A DNA stretch of 64,000 bases from an uncultured Planctomycetia bacterium (GCA_964597545.1 CAZQXN010000004.1:6683-70682); one strand, 5' to 3'; positions 46,398 to 57,081 are shown, counted from the first letter of the stretch. Translations and numbers: made by a program. The notes: generated by a model not told the origin, from the sequence alone.

Positions 46398-48001
46398 AGA
46401 AAACATCTCATATCCTCAGGGTCAAGCGGGCACTGGTTTCGGTTTCTGACAAGAGGGATTTGATTCCCTTCGTGGCGGAGCTCAAAAAACTCAAGGTGGA
46501 GGTGATCTCCACTGGAGGCACGGCAAAGCTCTTGAGGCAGGAAGGGATTGCGGTTCGTGAGATTTCAAAGGTGACCGGTTTTCCGGAGATCCTGGGGGGT
46601 CGGGTCAAGACCCTGCACCCCAAGGTCCAGGGCGGGATCCTGGCTGACCGCCGATCCGCCAAGCAGATGAGCCAAGCGCGCAAACTCAAACTGCCGCTCA
46701 TCGATCTGGTGGTGGTGAATCTCTACCCCTTCGAAGCGGCCGAGGCCAAGGAAGCGGCCCTCTCCAAGCTGATTGAGGAGATTGATATCGGAGGCGTTAC
46801 CTTGCTGCGGGCCGCAGCCAAGAACTTTCACTCCGTAGCCGTGGTGTCTCGGCCCGAGCAGTACCCTGAGGTGTTAAGCGAGCTGATCCGATCTGGGGCA
46901 AGGCTTTCTGAGGCGACCCGAAAGCGACTCGCTGTGGCTGCCTTTTCTCAGACCGCCTACTACGACACCCTCATTCACCAGACCCTTGCGCATCGGGGAA
47001 TCGGCCGCAAGCGGTCCTTGTCTGAGGCTTCGGCCCTGTGGCCTGATCACCTGGTCTTGGGATTGACCCGGCGGCAGATCTTACGCTATGGCGAGAACCC
47101 GCACCAGGCAGCGGCTTGGTACCAATGGCCGGCGCTGTGCGGTGGAGTAGGTGCGGGCCTGGCCGGAGGCCGCCAACTGCACGGCAAAGAGCTCTCCTTT
47201 AACAATCTTCTGGATTTGGAAGCAGCCATGCAGGTGACAACATATTTTCGTTCGCCCACCGCAGTTGTGATCAAACACAACAATCCTTGCGGGGTTGCTT
47301 CTTCCGGGTGCCTTCGCTCTGCTTTTGAACAGGCCTTTGCTTGTGATCCGGTCTCTGCCTTTGGCGGGATTGTGGGGCTTAACCGCAAGGTGGATGTAAG
47401 CACCGCTCGAGCCATTGCAGCCAGCGGGTTCCTGGAATGCTTGGTGGCGCCGGGCTACCAGGCAGCGGCCCTGAAGCTTCTTCAGAAGAAGAAAAACCTT
47501 CGCATCCTGGAAGTTCCCAGCATGAGCCAGGGCAAACTCTTTCGATGCCTGGATCTTAAACAGGCAGCCGGAGGCTTGTTGGTGCAGAGTCCGGATACGG
47601 CAGAAAAATCCCCCTCTCGTTGGCGACGGACAACCTCCCTTAAGCCCACCGCCGCACAGATGATCGACCTTGCGTTTGCCTGGAGGCTCACCCGTTTTGT
47701 CCGCTCAAACGCGATTGTGATTGTTAAAGGAGAAAGGACCGTTGGCATTGGTATGGGCCAGCCCAGCCGCGTTGACTCAGTGCGTCTGGCCCTTCGCCAG
47801 GCCGGTCCCAAGGCCAAAGGTGCGATCTTGGCCAGCGATGGTTTCTTCCCCAAGCCGGATGGACCCCGGATGGCCATCCGCGCCGGCATTCGGGCCATCG
47901 TCCAACCGGGCGGATCGGTTCGGGATGCGGAAGTCATCCGGGCAGCACAACAAGGAAGGATCCCCATGCTCCTCACCGGAGAGCGCCACTTCACCCATTA
48001 A
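46394..48001 (+). CDS. purH: Bifunctional AICAR transformylase / IMP cyclohydrolase
   Basis: - KRALVSVSDKRDLIPFVAELKKLKVEVISTGGTAKLL is the MGS-like domain.
- The AICARFT domain follows.
- GTG start at 46394 overlaps the pabC stop (GTGA).
- The ORF-track N-terminal extension from 46139 is non-homologous. Confidence 0.85.
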   Translation: MKKTSHILRVKRALVSVSDKRDLIPFVAELKKLKVEVISTGGTAKLLRQEGIAVREISKVTGFPEILGGRVKTLHPKVQGGILADRRSAKQMSQARKLKLPLIDLVVVNLYPFEAAEAKEAALSKLIEEIDIGGVTLLRAAAKNFHSVAVVSRPEQYPEVLSELIRSGARLSEATRKRLAVAAFSQTAYYDTLIHQTLAHRGIGRKRSLSEASALWPDHLVLGLTRRQILRYGENPHQAAAWYQWPALCGGVGAGLAGGRQLHGKELSFNNLLDLEAAMQVTTYFRSPTAVVIKHNNPCGVASSGCLRSAFEQAFACDPVSAFGGIVGLNRKVDVSTARAIAASGFLECLVAPGYQAAALKLLQKKKNLRILEVPSMSQGKLFRCLDLKQAAGGLLVQSPDTAEKSPSRWRRTTSLKPTAAQMIDLAFAWRLTRFVRSNAIVIVKGERTVGIGMGQPSRVDSVRLALRQAGPKAKGAILASDGFFPKPDGPRMAIRAGIRAIVQPGGSVRDAEVIRAAQQGRIPMLLTGERHFTH

Positions 48002-48032
48002 ATCGGTACCTAAATCGGTACCAGGTACCGAT
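48002..48032. repeat. GGTACC-family palindromic repeat (AATCGGTACCaGGTACCGATT)
   Basis: Perfect 10-bp-arm palindrome directly after the purH stop. Confidence 0.5.
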
Positions 48033-48097
48033 TGTTGTTGCAACTGCATGGCACTAGGGCGGTTGCAAGCTACCTGGCACCGATAGGTTTTCATGAG

Positions 48098-49429
48098 ATG
48101 AATTACCCAGAAGCCCTCCAATATCTCGATCGCTTCATTAATTATGAGCAGGCTGTGGCCTTTCGTTATCCAGAGGCCTTTTCTCTGGACCGGATCGCAG
48201 CACTTTTGAGGCGCTTGGGCAATCCTGAGCGCGACTTTCCTGTGCTGCATGTTGCCGGCACTAAGGGCAAAGGGTCTACCTGTGCCTTTGCCGCCTCCCT
48301 GCTCTCGGCTGCAGGGCTTAAAGTTGGCCTGTATACCTCGCCCCACTTAGCGTCCCTGCGGGAGCGGTTTCGGGTGGGGGGCTGCCCCATCTCCGAGGAG
48401 AAATTCGCCGAGGTGGTTTCCCGGATTAAGCCTTTTGCCAAGAAGGATCTGACCTACTTTGAAGTCACCACGGCATGCGCCTTTAGTTACTTCGCAGATC
48501 TTAAAGTGGATGCGGCAGTCATTGAGGTGGGGTTAGGAGGGAGGTTGGATGCCACCAACGTGGTGAGGCCTGATGTAACAGCCATCACCCCCATCAGCCT
48601 TGACCACATGGACAAGTTGGGTTTCTCCTTGGGCCGCATCGCTCATGAGAAGGCCGGCATCATCAAGCCGGATGTGCCGGTTGTCGTTGCTCGGCAAACC
48701 GCAGAGGTTACTGCACTCTTTGAAGCTGCTGCCCTCAACCAGCAGGCACCCCTGCATCGATTGGAGGAGCAGGCGCGCATCCGATGCCTTTCCTTAACAC
48801 CCCAGGGGTGCCGCTTCTTTCTGGAGACCCCAAAGCAGCTTTATTCAGATTTGTCGATTCCTCTGCTGGGACGGCATCAGGTTGACAATGCTGCTGTGGC
48901 CGTCCGCATGGTAGAGCTTTTTGCCGAGGCGCATCCCGAGAAGCTGCAGGTGACACCCGAAGTAGTCCGAAACGGTTTGAGCCGGGTCGTCTGGCCGGGT
49001 CGGTGTCAGTGGATAGCGGGTAAGCCTTCGATCCTGCTGGATGGAGCGCAGAACAGGGCTTCTGCCCAGGCGCTGCGCGAGACCGTCGACACTCTTTTTC
49101 CCGGTCAAAAGGTTTCGCTCATCTTCGGCGCTTCTCAAGGCAAGGACATTCGCGGCATGGCAGAGATCTGGGGGCCTTGGGCCGACCGCATTCTGGTCAC
49201 GCAGACCCAAAGCCCGCGCGCCGAATCCTCAGCGCACTTAAAAGAGATCTTTGCGGGCCGCGGCATTCACGCTGAGAGTGCCCCCTCTATTGCCTCGGCT
49301 TTAGAAACCGCACAGCAGAAGGCAGCGGCAAAGGATCTCATTGTTATAGCGGGATCACTCTTTGTGGCAGGAGAAGTTCTTAAGCTTCTTGGGCCGCGGA
49401 CCGCCGCTTCTTCCTGCGGCGTTGAGTAA
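48098..49429 (+). CDS. folC: Dihydrofolate synthase / folylpolyglutamate synthase
   Basis: HVAGTKGKGST P-loop, Mur-ligase fold. Start set at MNYPEALQYLDRF. Confidence 0.85.
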   Translation: MNYPEALQYLDRFINYEQAVAFRYPEAFSLDRIAALLRRLGNPERDFPVLHVAGTKGKGSTCAFAASLLSAAGLKVGLYTSPHLASLRERFRVGGCPISEEKFAEVVSRIKPFAKKDLTYFEVTTACAFSYFADLKVDAAVIEVGLGGRLDATNVVRPDVTAITPISLDHMDKLGFSLGRIAHEKAGIIKPDVPVVVARQTAEVTALFEAAALNQQAPLHRLEEQARIRCLSLTPQGCRFFLETPKQLYSDLSIPLLGRHQVDNAAVAVRMVELFAEAHPEKLQVTPEVVRNGLSRVVWPGRCQWIAGKPSILLDGAQNRASAQALRETVDTLFPGQKVSLIFGASQGKDIRGMAEIWGPWADRILVTQTQSPRAESSAHLKEIFAGRGIHAESAPSIASALETAQQKAAAKDLIVIAGSLFVAGEVLKLLGPRTAASSCGVE

Positions 49430-50348
49430 GAAACAGCGCCGCCCCCACCAACCCTGACAAGAGGGGAATGACCGCTGCGATCAAGGAGAGGGAAAGGGCT
49501 TCGGCTGATCCTATATTGATGCGGGAGAGTATCAAGATGACTGCCCCCTCTCGAATTCCCCAGCCGTTCAAGGAGATCGGTAGCTGCGCCACCGTGACCA
49601 CGATGGGGACCACCAGGATCATAAAAAGAAGGGGAATCGGCAGGTTCAATGCCTTGGCGACTGCTGCGAACATAAAGATGGTCAAGGTCTGCACCCCAAT
49701 ACTCACCCCAAAGGCGCGGGCCAACTGCTGGGGATGGCGCAGGTAGTTTAAGAGTGACTCTTGGAACTGCTTGGCGTGAGACTCAAGCTGCCCGAGCCCA
49801 ATGCGGCTGAAGGGCTTGAGCATCTTGTTGAGCACCTGGCGCGATCCCAGGATTGCAAAGGTTGCCGCAACAATCCCGCAGAATCCATAAAAGCCCATCC
49901 GCAACACCGGATCCTCGCGGGCCGGAGTGAAAATAATCCAGGCGCTCAGCCCAAAGGTCAGAAATCCCACCACCCCCAAAAGGCGGTCCATGAGGATCGA
50001 GGCCAAAGATTCCCGCCACTGACCGGTTGCCTTGATCATCTCGTAGCCCCGGATCACATCTCCCCCGACGGTAGTCGGCAGGATGGTGTTGAAGAATGAA
50101 GCGATAAAGAAGGTGCGGATCAAAAAGGGAGGGGTCACCGCCGGATGCTTTGGCACCAGCAGGCTCCACCGAAGGATGCAGACAAACTGCGAGACAAAAA
50201 AGACCACAATGCTCAGCGCCAGCCACGTAAGGTCCGCCGAGCGCAGCGCAGCGACTAAGGCTTGGGTGTCGACAGACTTCAAGACCCACCAGAAGGCAAA
50301 AAACGTAATGCCGGCTCGTATCAGAAAGGAGATTACCGTCCTGGGCAT
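49380..50348 (-). CDS. Flippase-like membrane protein (lysylphosphatidylglycerol-synthase TM-domain family, UPF0104)
   Basis: Polytopic protein; TILPTTVGGDVIRGY motif is typical of the family. Confidence 0.6.
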   Translation of the reverse strand: MPRTVISFLIRAGITFFAFWWVLKSVDTQALVAALRSADLTWLALSIVVFFVSQFVCILRWSLLVPKHPAVTPPFLIRTFFIASFFNTILPTTVGGDVIRGYEMIKATGQWRESLASILMDRLLGVVGFLTFGLSAWIIFTPAREDPVLRMGFYGFCGIVAATFAILGSRQVLNKMLKPFSRIGLGQLESHAKQFQESLLNYLRHPQQLARAFGVSIGVQTLTIFMFAAVAKALNLPIPLLFMILVVPIVVTVAQLPISLNGWGIREGAVILILSRINIGSAEALSLSLIAAVIPLLSGLVGAALFLTQRRRKKRRSAAQEA

Positions 50349-50395
50349 GGGGCGATTATACCATCCTTTGGTTTTGGGCGCGGGGTCACCGGAGC

Positions 50396-51184
50396 TTACT
50401 CCTTCTTGTTGATGTAGTCGTCGAAGGTGATCTTGCCTTCCGTGGTCTGACGAAGCATCCGGACCCGGTCGGCGTAGTAGGGATGGGTTCGAAAGTAAGA
50501 GAAGCGCCGGACCGGCTGGTCAAAGGAATATTCCCTCAGGCGCTCAATGAAGGTGATGGCCGCCTTGACATCGAAGCCCGCGGCTTTGAGATATTTGGCG
50601 CTCAAGCGGTCCGCCTCAAGCTCATCCCGCTGAGAGTAGGCGGTGAGGATCGAGGCAAAGGCCAAATCCATCCCCTGCCGGGCTCGGGCATCGGCCTTGC
50701 CTACACCGACGGCCAGGATCTGAAACAACTGCATCCCGACAGCCCCTTGGATCCTTTTGACTGCGTGCTTGGCCACGACGTGACCCACCTCGTGGGCGAT
50801 CACCGCGGCCAGCTCATCGTCGGTTTCGACCAGATCAAAAAGCCCGGAGGTAACATAGATGGGACCGCCGGGCAGGGCAAAGGCATTGGGAAGCTTCTCC
50901 TTGACGATGGTAAAGCGGAAGCCCAAATCCTTGCGGTCGGCCACAGCAGCGATCCGGCTGCTCACCCGGTCCAGCCGTTCCAGAAGCTCCGGGTTGTAGA
51001 CAATGTCAAATTCCTCTTCCACCTTGCGGGCAACCGACTCCCCCAAGCGGACCTCCCGTGCTGTGGAGATAAAGAGGGTCTCCTGCCGTTCTGTTGCGAC
51101 GTTATAGCTTGTGCTGGCCCCGCAGCCGGCTAGGGCCACTGCGATCATGAACCACAGCGTAAGCGTGTAAGCCCGCTTTATCAT
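50396..51184 (-). CDS. M48-family zinc metallopeptidase lipoprotein
   Basis: HEVGHVVAKH (HExxH) motif. Lipoprotein signal MIKRAYTLTLWFMIAVALAGC at the proposed start. The ORF-track extension to 51352 overlaps the divergent gene. Confidence 0.7.
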   Translation of the reverse strand: MIKRAYTLTLWFMIAVALAGCGASTSYNVATERQETLFISTAREVRLGESVARKVEEEFDIVYNPELLERLDRVSSRIAAVADRKDLGFRFTIVKEKLPNAFALPGGPIYVTSGLFDLVETDDELAAVIAHEVGHVVAKHAVKRIQGAVGMQLFQILAVGVGKADARARQGMDLAFASILTAYSQRDELEADRLSAKYLKAAGFDVKAAITFIERLREYSFDQPVRRFSYFRTHPYYADRVRMLRQTTEGKITFDDYINKKE

Positions 51185-51346
51185 GGCTCCAGTCTCCCAC
51201 ACGAGGACGAATCTCGCAAGGCAGGCAGGACCAAGGGGGTCATTACGCGTTGCGGCTCGCCAGAAAATTAATAGTAATACATAGTTAGTAATTATCTTTG
51301 AAAAAGGAGAGGATATCAGGTAGACTTGAAGCATTAGAGGAACTGC

Positions 51347-54300
51347 ATGCAAACACAGAAGTTAGCCTATCAACTCACAGCACTCATCCTATCGGCAGCT
51401 CTGACGCTGCCCCCTTCTGCGTACGCGCTGCGCCCGCAAGAGAAACAGGAAGCTTCCGGCCTAGAGGAGCTTACCAAGGCCCTGCGCTTAGGCAATCCAG
51501 ACGCTGCCCTCGACACCCTTGTTCAAAGTGTCGCTGAGCGCCTCACCCTACCTGTCCCAGCTACCGGCCAGGAGGAAGGACCGGCAGATAGGATAAGGAC
51601 CCTGCTGGAGAGATCCCCCAATACCGAAACCATCTTTCACATCATCGGTCGGGATCTTCTGAGCACCTACCCCGACCTGAGAGGGTTTCATGATCTCCAT
51701 TCCTCTTTTGCTGTCGAGGGAATATCTAATTCATCTTCGGACTTGATCAGGAGGCATGCTGGGCCAGGCCACCTAGAAGTTTGGTATCACTACCCACAGA
51801 AAGCTGTCTGGATCTCGTGGGAAGAGATGCAATATTCTGCAACGAATTCCAGACGCGGATTTCAGAGGAAAGTTTACCTCTCTACACCCGCCAGGGAGAG
51901 GTTAGGCGTAGAGGGATTCCTTCGGCACCTCCTTGGTCCAGGGCAACTCAATGTTCCCAGTGAACTTTGGGATGGCGATGAAGCAATGTTCCAGGTCCTT
52001 GAAGACCTGGCGACCCTCTCCTCCGCCGGCCAGGAGGAAGCGGAACAAATCCATCAATTCCCAAAAGACGTTATCTCTGAGGAAGAATTACACCTACTTC
52101 CAGCCCAGATATTTCTTTGGGGCATGTTTCGTTTCAATCAAGTGGTTGAGGACCGTTTTGTCGTAAGGCTGAAGAATCGAAGAAACAAAATAGAGATAAT
52201 CCCAGGAGATCCAGAAGATCTTCCAGAAGACGCAGCCATGATGCGCTTGGAGGTACAGGCTCAAGATACCGTGACCGTTACGGTAGAGGGAGCGGCATCT
52301 CCAGAGATTAGAGAGATGGCGGCGGATATCGTCTCGGATTGGCTGAGCAAAGTTTTCCAAGTCAACCAGGAGCTTAAAGCCAAGCAGGCCGAGCACGAGG
52401 GTTCTTTTAAAGATAAAGCCAACGCCATCAAGAGACGAGCTTGGGACGAGTTTTCTGAAAGCTTGACGCCGCTTAAAGCAGCCCTTTCCGCTGGCCAAGA
52501 GGAGGCGGCGCTGGATGAGATTGAGGCAGCCATCGAAACAAAAAGGAGCCTCGACTTCACGCCTACAACCATTCTAAAGCATGGCGATGTCCTGGGCCGT
52601 TTCCATGGAGCCAGGGGCGCTTCGGCCGATGTTTATGTGGAGGCAGATCACGTCCTAGGCAAAGTACTCAACTCCCCCTTCTTCCTGAGAATGGTCCTGG
52701 CACAGCATCTTGGCAAGACCATTGCCGGTGCCACTCCCCTTTCAGTGGATCGACATAGACCCCCCCCGGACAATGTCCGCTTTGCCCTGAATCTTCCCTA
52801 TAGGGATTATCTTGAGGCGATGGAGCCAAGCTTAGAAATGCTGGAGCGCTTAATTGACGATCCAGGGGAGATGGTAGAGGTAGTGGTAGTGGAACCGGCC
52901 CCTCATTCTGGAGGGGCTTGGGTCATTTATAAGGGAGGCCCAGGAGAGGCTTGGGTGCCCGGTTTCATCCCTACCCGCTTTGTGTTTGCCAAGAGTGTGC
53001 CGCATAGTGCAGCCCCTGGGAGATGGTGGCTGCACTCGAAGATCGGACAGACCATTCGCGTTAGGCCGGACAGTGTTAATCGGAGGGGCCATTTTCCGCA
53101 GGCAGTCTTTGCCGCGGACCAGTCCTTTAATGCGGTTCGACGAGAGATTCGCCTGGCCGAACGAGAACTTCAGCAGCGAGACAAAGAGCATATCCCAGTC
53201 CGAGTGATTCTCGTTCACGAAGCTCTGCAGGGAGTCGAGGTGATGTATCGGAGTCAAAACGGCGGGTGGATAAGCGGTTTTATCCCCCCCTCCCGCATCT
53301 CCTTTCATTCTAAAGGACGGCCTGTCGGAAGGTTGCCCCATCTGCTTGACCGCTTGGGTTGGTTCCTCTCCCGGGTTGGCCAGGATATTCCAGCGGATCT
53401 TATCGCGATTGACAGCAGCAGAGGGCTTCCCAGAGCCACCTTCTCTGTCCGCTTGTCTTTGGAGGAAGTGCTCCAGGAGATGCAGCCAGCCCTTGAGCGG
53501 TTAGGTCAGGCAGCGGCCAATCCGAACGATCGGGTTGATGTGGAGTTGGCCTTGTTGGGCAGTAGAGAGGATGCAAACAGTATGAGGTATAGCCATTGGA
53601 ACCAGACAAGCTGGGTTCCGGGCTTCATTCCTGCGAGCCTATTCCTGGATGATCCTCACCAGAAAGTGCATACCTCCATTATCCGCGCTTGGTTATGGCG
53701 GCACCGGCATGAAAAGATTCCGGTGGCCGTAAAAGATGTTACACACAATCGACACCTTCCCAGGGCAGCCTTCAGCCTTGGACTTACAATTGACCAACTT
53801 AAAGCGGAGATTGAGCCTGCAGCCGAGCAGTTGGAAGGCTTAGGCCCGGGAGAGCTTCAGGTTCCATGTGAGGTGATACCCGCTACTGTAGAGGCCGGAG
53901 CAGAGGTGTTGTATCGCGGGCCCAGAGGAACGTGGATCCCAGGTTTTATTCATAAGAGCTACATCCGCTTTTTAGATAGAACAGTAGCTCCTCATGCCCT
54001 TTGGAGTCAATGGCTGAAAAGGCAAGTTGGCCGCAAGATCAATGTTACGTTTAATCACATCAAGCGCAATGATCCCATCCCGTCCGCGCTTTTTTCGTTG
54101 ACTCTGCCTGAGGATGTCCGGCCCTCTTTCCGTCCGGGCAAGACAGCTTCCGCTGGCCAGGAGGAGTGGTCAGCGGATGTTTGGAATCGACTTCACGCCG
54201 TCGGGCTGCATGGGACAACTGGCCCCTTGCTCAAGGAAATCATCCAGTATTACTCCAGGCAGGGGGCCGACGCCGATTTCGAGGGTGTCCGGGAAAAATG

Positions 54301-57001
54301 GGAAGCAATTGCCCGGATCATCCCTGATGCTCCGAGTCTTTCCGGTGTGGCAGAGGGTGTTGTGAGCGGTTTTATAGAGCGGGAGCTTCCCCTTTGGAAA
54401 CTTTCCGGGGTCCTCCTTCGCCGAGGCAGGTATGGTGAGGGTCACGGTGTTCTGCTGATTGGAGACGCCCGGCATGCTACAGTGAAAGCGCCCCAGACCA
54501 TTCAAATCAACCGAGGTTTAACCGGCCTCGCTCTTTTCCTTGTGGGAGATCCGAATATGAGCTGGGTTAAGCCACCACCCAAAGCTCCGGATTGGCGGTT
54601 CCTTGCTCAAAACAATCTTGTTGGCTTCGTAAGCGATGGCCAGCTCATTGTTGGCTCCAATCCCACGACAGAGAACCCCTCTGGACTGCGCGCCAAGATA
54701 GGTTGGCGGGATGACGACGTACCCTTTGGGTCAACAAGAATCCAATCCAGAGGAGAGTTTATTCCTGTTGAGCGCATCATCAAACTGGAAATGAAGGATA
54801 CCAAACCCTCAAAGATTGAGGCGGTTTGGGTCGGCTCTTCGCACGTAGCAATTCCGGAAGCGTTGGTACAGATCCTTGAGAGAATCGACGCCATTCATTT
54901 GGAGATCCAAGAGGGGGATCGTTTGGGGCAGTACCGGGAGTATGCTGGGCGCCTGCATCGAGAGTATTTTGCCGGCCTGGAAGAGGTTCAAGACGAGGTG
55001 GTGCGGCAGGCATGGGACGAATTGCGTCGGATTGTTACCCTAGAAGAATTTCAGGTTGACGATGAGGAGGCTCTTGTTCGGTTTGGGAAATCCACAGGGG
55101 CTAAAGTGGTTAAGAAAACAATTACAGGACGCCCCATCGTTACTATTGGACCGGAAATGTTCCGGAAATTGACCGCTTTTCGCCAGACAGGCCAACTTCC
55201 GCCTGGTACCCCCGCCAAGCATTATGAAGAACTACGAAACAATGATGAAGTGAATGAACCTGGCGTTTATGTGAGTCCTACCGGACTGAAAATGGCGCAT
55301 CAGGAGTTGGCTGCCGCAGGCATTGATTTTCGTTATACGAAAGGAATCTTCTTTCATGAGGCGCTGGAGGAAGGGTTTGATGGTTCCGGAATCACTGACC
55401 CCATCTTGGCTCTATGTGAACAGCATACGGACCCAAGGGTGATCGAAGAGGAGCTTCTGGTCAATGCGTTAATCGGGGAAGAAAGCGTAGAGGCCTCACG
55501 GGCAGGTTATCAATTCGCCAAACAGAGAGTTGATCAAAACCTCAGCAATAGCCAGCGCTTCTTCGCGTTTGTTAAAGACCGTTACGAGAGCGGAGGCCGT
55601 TCTACCACATTTGATGAGATTGAAGCCTCGCTTGGCCCAACAAGCCGGTATTATCGAACACTCCAATGGGTTGTTGATACCCCGTACGACCAACTCCTCG
55701 CATTGGCCCAAAGACGCTGGGAAGGATCCGATTACTCCTCTGCCGTTCCTCTCGCAGCCGGCCTGGAGGAGGAGACAACCAGAGTCCTGGCTCCTACGCT
55801 GGAAGTTCCAATTGCTGCCCTGGAAGAGGGTAATCTAGAGCAAGCACTGCAAGGATCTGCCTATCTCCTGGAGCCTAAGCCGACAACAGATCAACTCGAA
55901 ACATCTTTTGTGCAATTCCCCGGTGAACTCTGGGCTGTTGGATTCAGGGATCGAGACAATATTCCGCATCTCGCTGTTGGAGCAGGAAACAGGGATCACG
56001 CTATTGGCATAACTGATTTCTTAACCAAGGCATACAGCGCGGCGCCCGTCAGCGTTGACGTCGTTCACAAGCATCCGGAGCCCCCCTTTCCTTCGAAGGG
56101 AGATTTTGATCTATTGAGAACCTGGAAGCTACGCCAGGGAGGGCGCGTAGGCCGACAGCGCAATTGGGTTGAGATTCGCCGAGATGGAGTGTGGCGACTC
56201 CTTGGGTACGGGAGAGATTATAAAGAGACGGCAGATTTCCAAAGAGAGATTCAGGTTCAGATTTGGAAAAGAGGCGAGAGGGCGCAGAACGAGTTCTATC
56301 TTCCAGGTACTGGAGGTTTACGCGTTGCGCTTGTCGCGGACCAAGAGGTTTTTGGCATCCCGGGCCTTGATTATTTCTATCAGTTGATCGACCAGCCTGA
56401 GACAACAGGGGTCAGGTTCGAAGATGCCGTTGGCCACTGGGTTCTCTGGAGGGCAGACAACACCTGGGAATCTATCTTCGAATCACAAGGCTATACTCGT
56501 TCTGCCACTAGCTTTTCGACAGCGAGCAGGGCAGGGCCGGTGGAAGCGGCAGGCGCGCTGCTTACGCGGTTGGCCCAAGCCGCAGAAGGCCAACCCGGCG
56601 TTTTGGTGCTCACCCCTGAGGCCATCCAGGATCCAGCCGGCCTAGAGGAGCTTATCAAGCGCCTCCCCCCAGAGCTCTTACGACGGACCATCTGGTTCAA
56701 CACAGGAGTTGCCCTGGCCGAATACCTGCACTCCCTTGAACCCACCCTCCAGATCATAAAGGACTACAACACCCAAGCCCTGGTCCTAAAACTCCTCAGC
56801 AGGGAAGAGGCAGAGAAGATCACCACCACCTCTAAAGATCTTGCCCTCTACCTCCAAGAAGTCCTCCCCATGACCGTCACCTACCTTAAGGTCCTCACCG
56901 TCAAGCTGATCCTGGCGGCCCTAGGGGTTCCCATCGAACAGCTCAACCAGATCGACCCCACCAAGCTCGAAGCCCTCTTCGCACCGCTGGTAGCCGCCTA
57001 A
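51347..57001 (+). CDS. Giant secreted protein (1884 aa), unknown function, with four W[VI]PGFIP-type internal repeats and recurrent A-x-G-(L/Q)-E-E motifs
   Basis: - Signal peptide MQTQKLAYQLTALILSAALTLPPSAYA.
- Repeats (GEAWVPGFIPTRF..., GGWISGFIPPSRI..., TSWVPGFIPASLF..., GTWIPGFIHKSYI...), each followed by a basic segment and L..A.FS..L.
- C-terminal 135-aa module is duplicated at 63200-63624. Confidence 0.7.
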   Translation: MQTQKLAYQLTALILSAALTLPPSAYALRPQEKQEASGLEELTKALRLGNPDAALDTLVQSVAERLTLPVPATGQEEGPADRIRTLLERSPNTETIFHIIGRDLLSTYPDLRGFHDLHSSFAVEGISNSSSDLIRRHAGPGHLEVWYHYPQKAVWISWEEMQYSATNSRRGFQRKVYLSTPARERLGVEGFLRHLLGPGQLNVPSELWDGDEAMFQVLEDLATLSSAGQEEAEQIHQFPKDVISEEELHLLPAQIFLWGMFRFNQVVEDRFVVRLKNRRNKIEIIPGDPEDLPEDAAMMRLEVQAQDTVTVTVEGAASPEIREMAADIVSDWLSKVFQVNQELKAKQAEHEGSFKDKANAIKRRAWDEFSESLTPLKAALSAGQEEAALDEIEAAIETKRSLDFTPTTILKHGDVLGRFHGARGASADVYVEADHVLGKVLNSPFFLRMVLAQHLGKTIAGATPLSVDRHRPPPDNVRFALNLPYRDYLEAMEPSLEMLERLIDDPGEMVEVVVVEPAPHSGGAWVIYKGGPGEAWVPGFIPTRFVFAKSVPHSAAPGRWWLHSKIGQTIRVRPDSVNRRGHFPQAVFAADQSFNAVRREIRLAERELQQRDKEHIPVRVILVHEALQGVEVMYRSQNGGWISGFIPPSRISFHSKGRPVGRLPHLLDRLGWFLSRVGQDIPADLIAIDSSRGLPRATFSVRLSLEEVLQEMQPALERLGQAAANPNDRVDVELALLGSREDANSMRYSHWNQTSWVPGFIPASLFLDDPHQKVHTSIIRAWLWRHRHEKIPVAVKDVTHNRHLPRAAFSLGLTIDQLKAEIEPAAEQLEGLGPGELQVPCEVIPATVEAGAEVLYRGPRGTWIPGFIHKSYIRFLDRTVAPHALWSQWLKRQVGRKINVTFNHIKRNDPIPSALFSLTLPEDVRPSFRPGKTASAGQEEWSADVWNRLHAVGLHGTTGPLLKEIIQYYSRQGADADFEGVREKWEAIARIIPDAPSLSGVAEGVVSGFIERELPLWKLSGVLLRRGRYGEGHGVLLIGDARHATVKAPQTIQINRGLTGLALFLVGDPNMSWVKPPPKAPDWRFLAQNNLVGFVSDGQLIVGSNPTTENPSGLRAKIGWRDDDVPFGSTRIQSRGEFIPVERIIKLEMKDTKPSKIEAVWVGSSHVAIPEALVQILERIDAIHLEIQEGDRLGQYREYAGRLHREYFAGLEEVQDEVVRQAWDELRRIVTLEEFQVDDEEALVRFGKSTGAKVVKKTITGRPIVTIGPEMFRKLTAFRQTGQLPPGTPAKHYEELRNNDEVNEPGVYVSPTGLKMAHQELAAAGIDFRYTKGIFFHEALEEGFDGSGITDPILALCEQHTDPRVIEEELLVNALIGEESVEASRAGYQFAKQRVDQNLSNSQRFFAFVKDRYESGGRSTTFDEIEASLGPTSRYYRTLQWVVDTPYDQLLALAQRRWEGSDYSSAVPLAAGLEEETTRVLAPTLEVPIAALEEGNLEQALQGSAYLLEPKPTTDQLETSFVQFPGELWAVGFRDRDNIPHLAVGAGNRDHAIGITDFLTKAYSAAPVSVDVVHKHPEPPFPSKGDFDLLRTWKLRQGGRVGRQRNWVEIRRDGVWRLLGYGRDYKETADFQREIQVQIWKRGERAQNEFYLPGTGGLRVALVADQEVFGIPGLDYFYQLIDQPETTGVRFEDAVGHWVLWRADNTWESIFESQGYTRSATSFSTASRAGPVEAAGALLTRLAQAAEGQPGVLVLTPEAIQDPAGLEELIKRLPPELLRRTIWFNTGVALAEYLHSLEPTLQIIKDYNTQALVLKLLSREEAEKITTTSKDLALYLQEVLPMTVTYLKVLTVKLILAALGVPIEQLNQIDPTKLEALFAPLVAA

Positions 57002-57024
57002 ACCCAAACCTAAAACCTGTACCC

Positions 57025-57053
57025 GGTACCAAGGGGTCAGACCCTTTCGTACC
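57025..57053. repeat. GGTACC / GGGTCAGACCC-family hairpin after the giant gene (contains the 19-mer GGGTCAGACCCTTTCGTAC also found at 21434)
   Basis: GGTACCAAGGGGTCaGACCCTTTCGTACC is an imperfect hairpin. Confidence 0.5.
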
Positions 57054-57081
57054 AGTATTTGATAAATATGCAACATATTTG

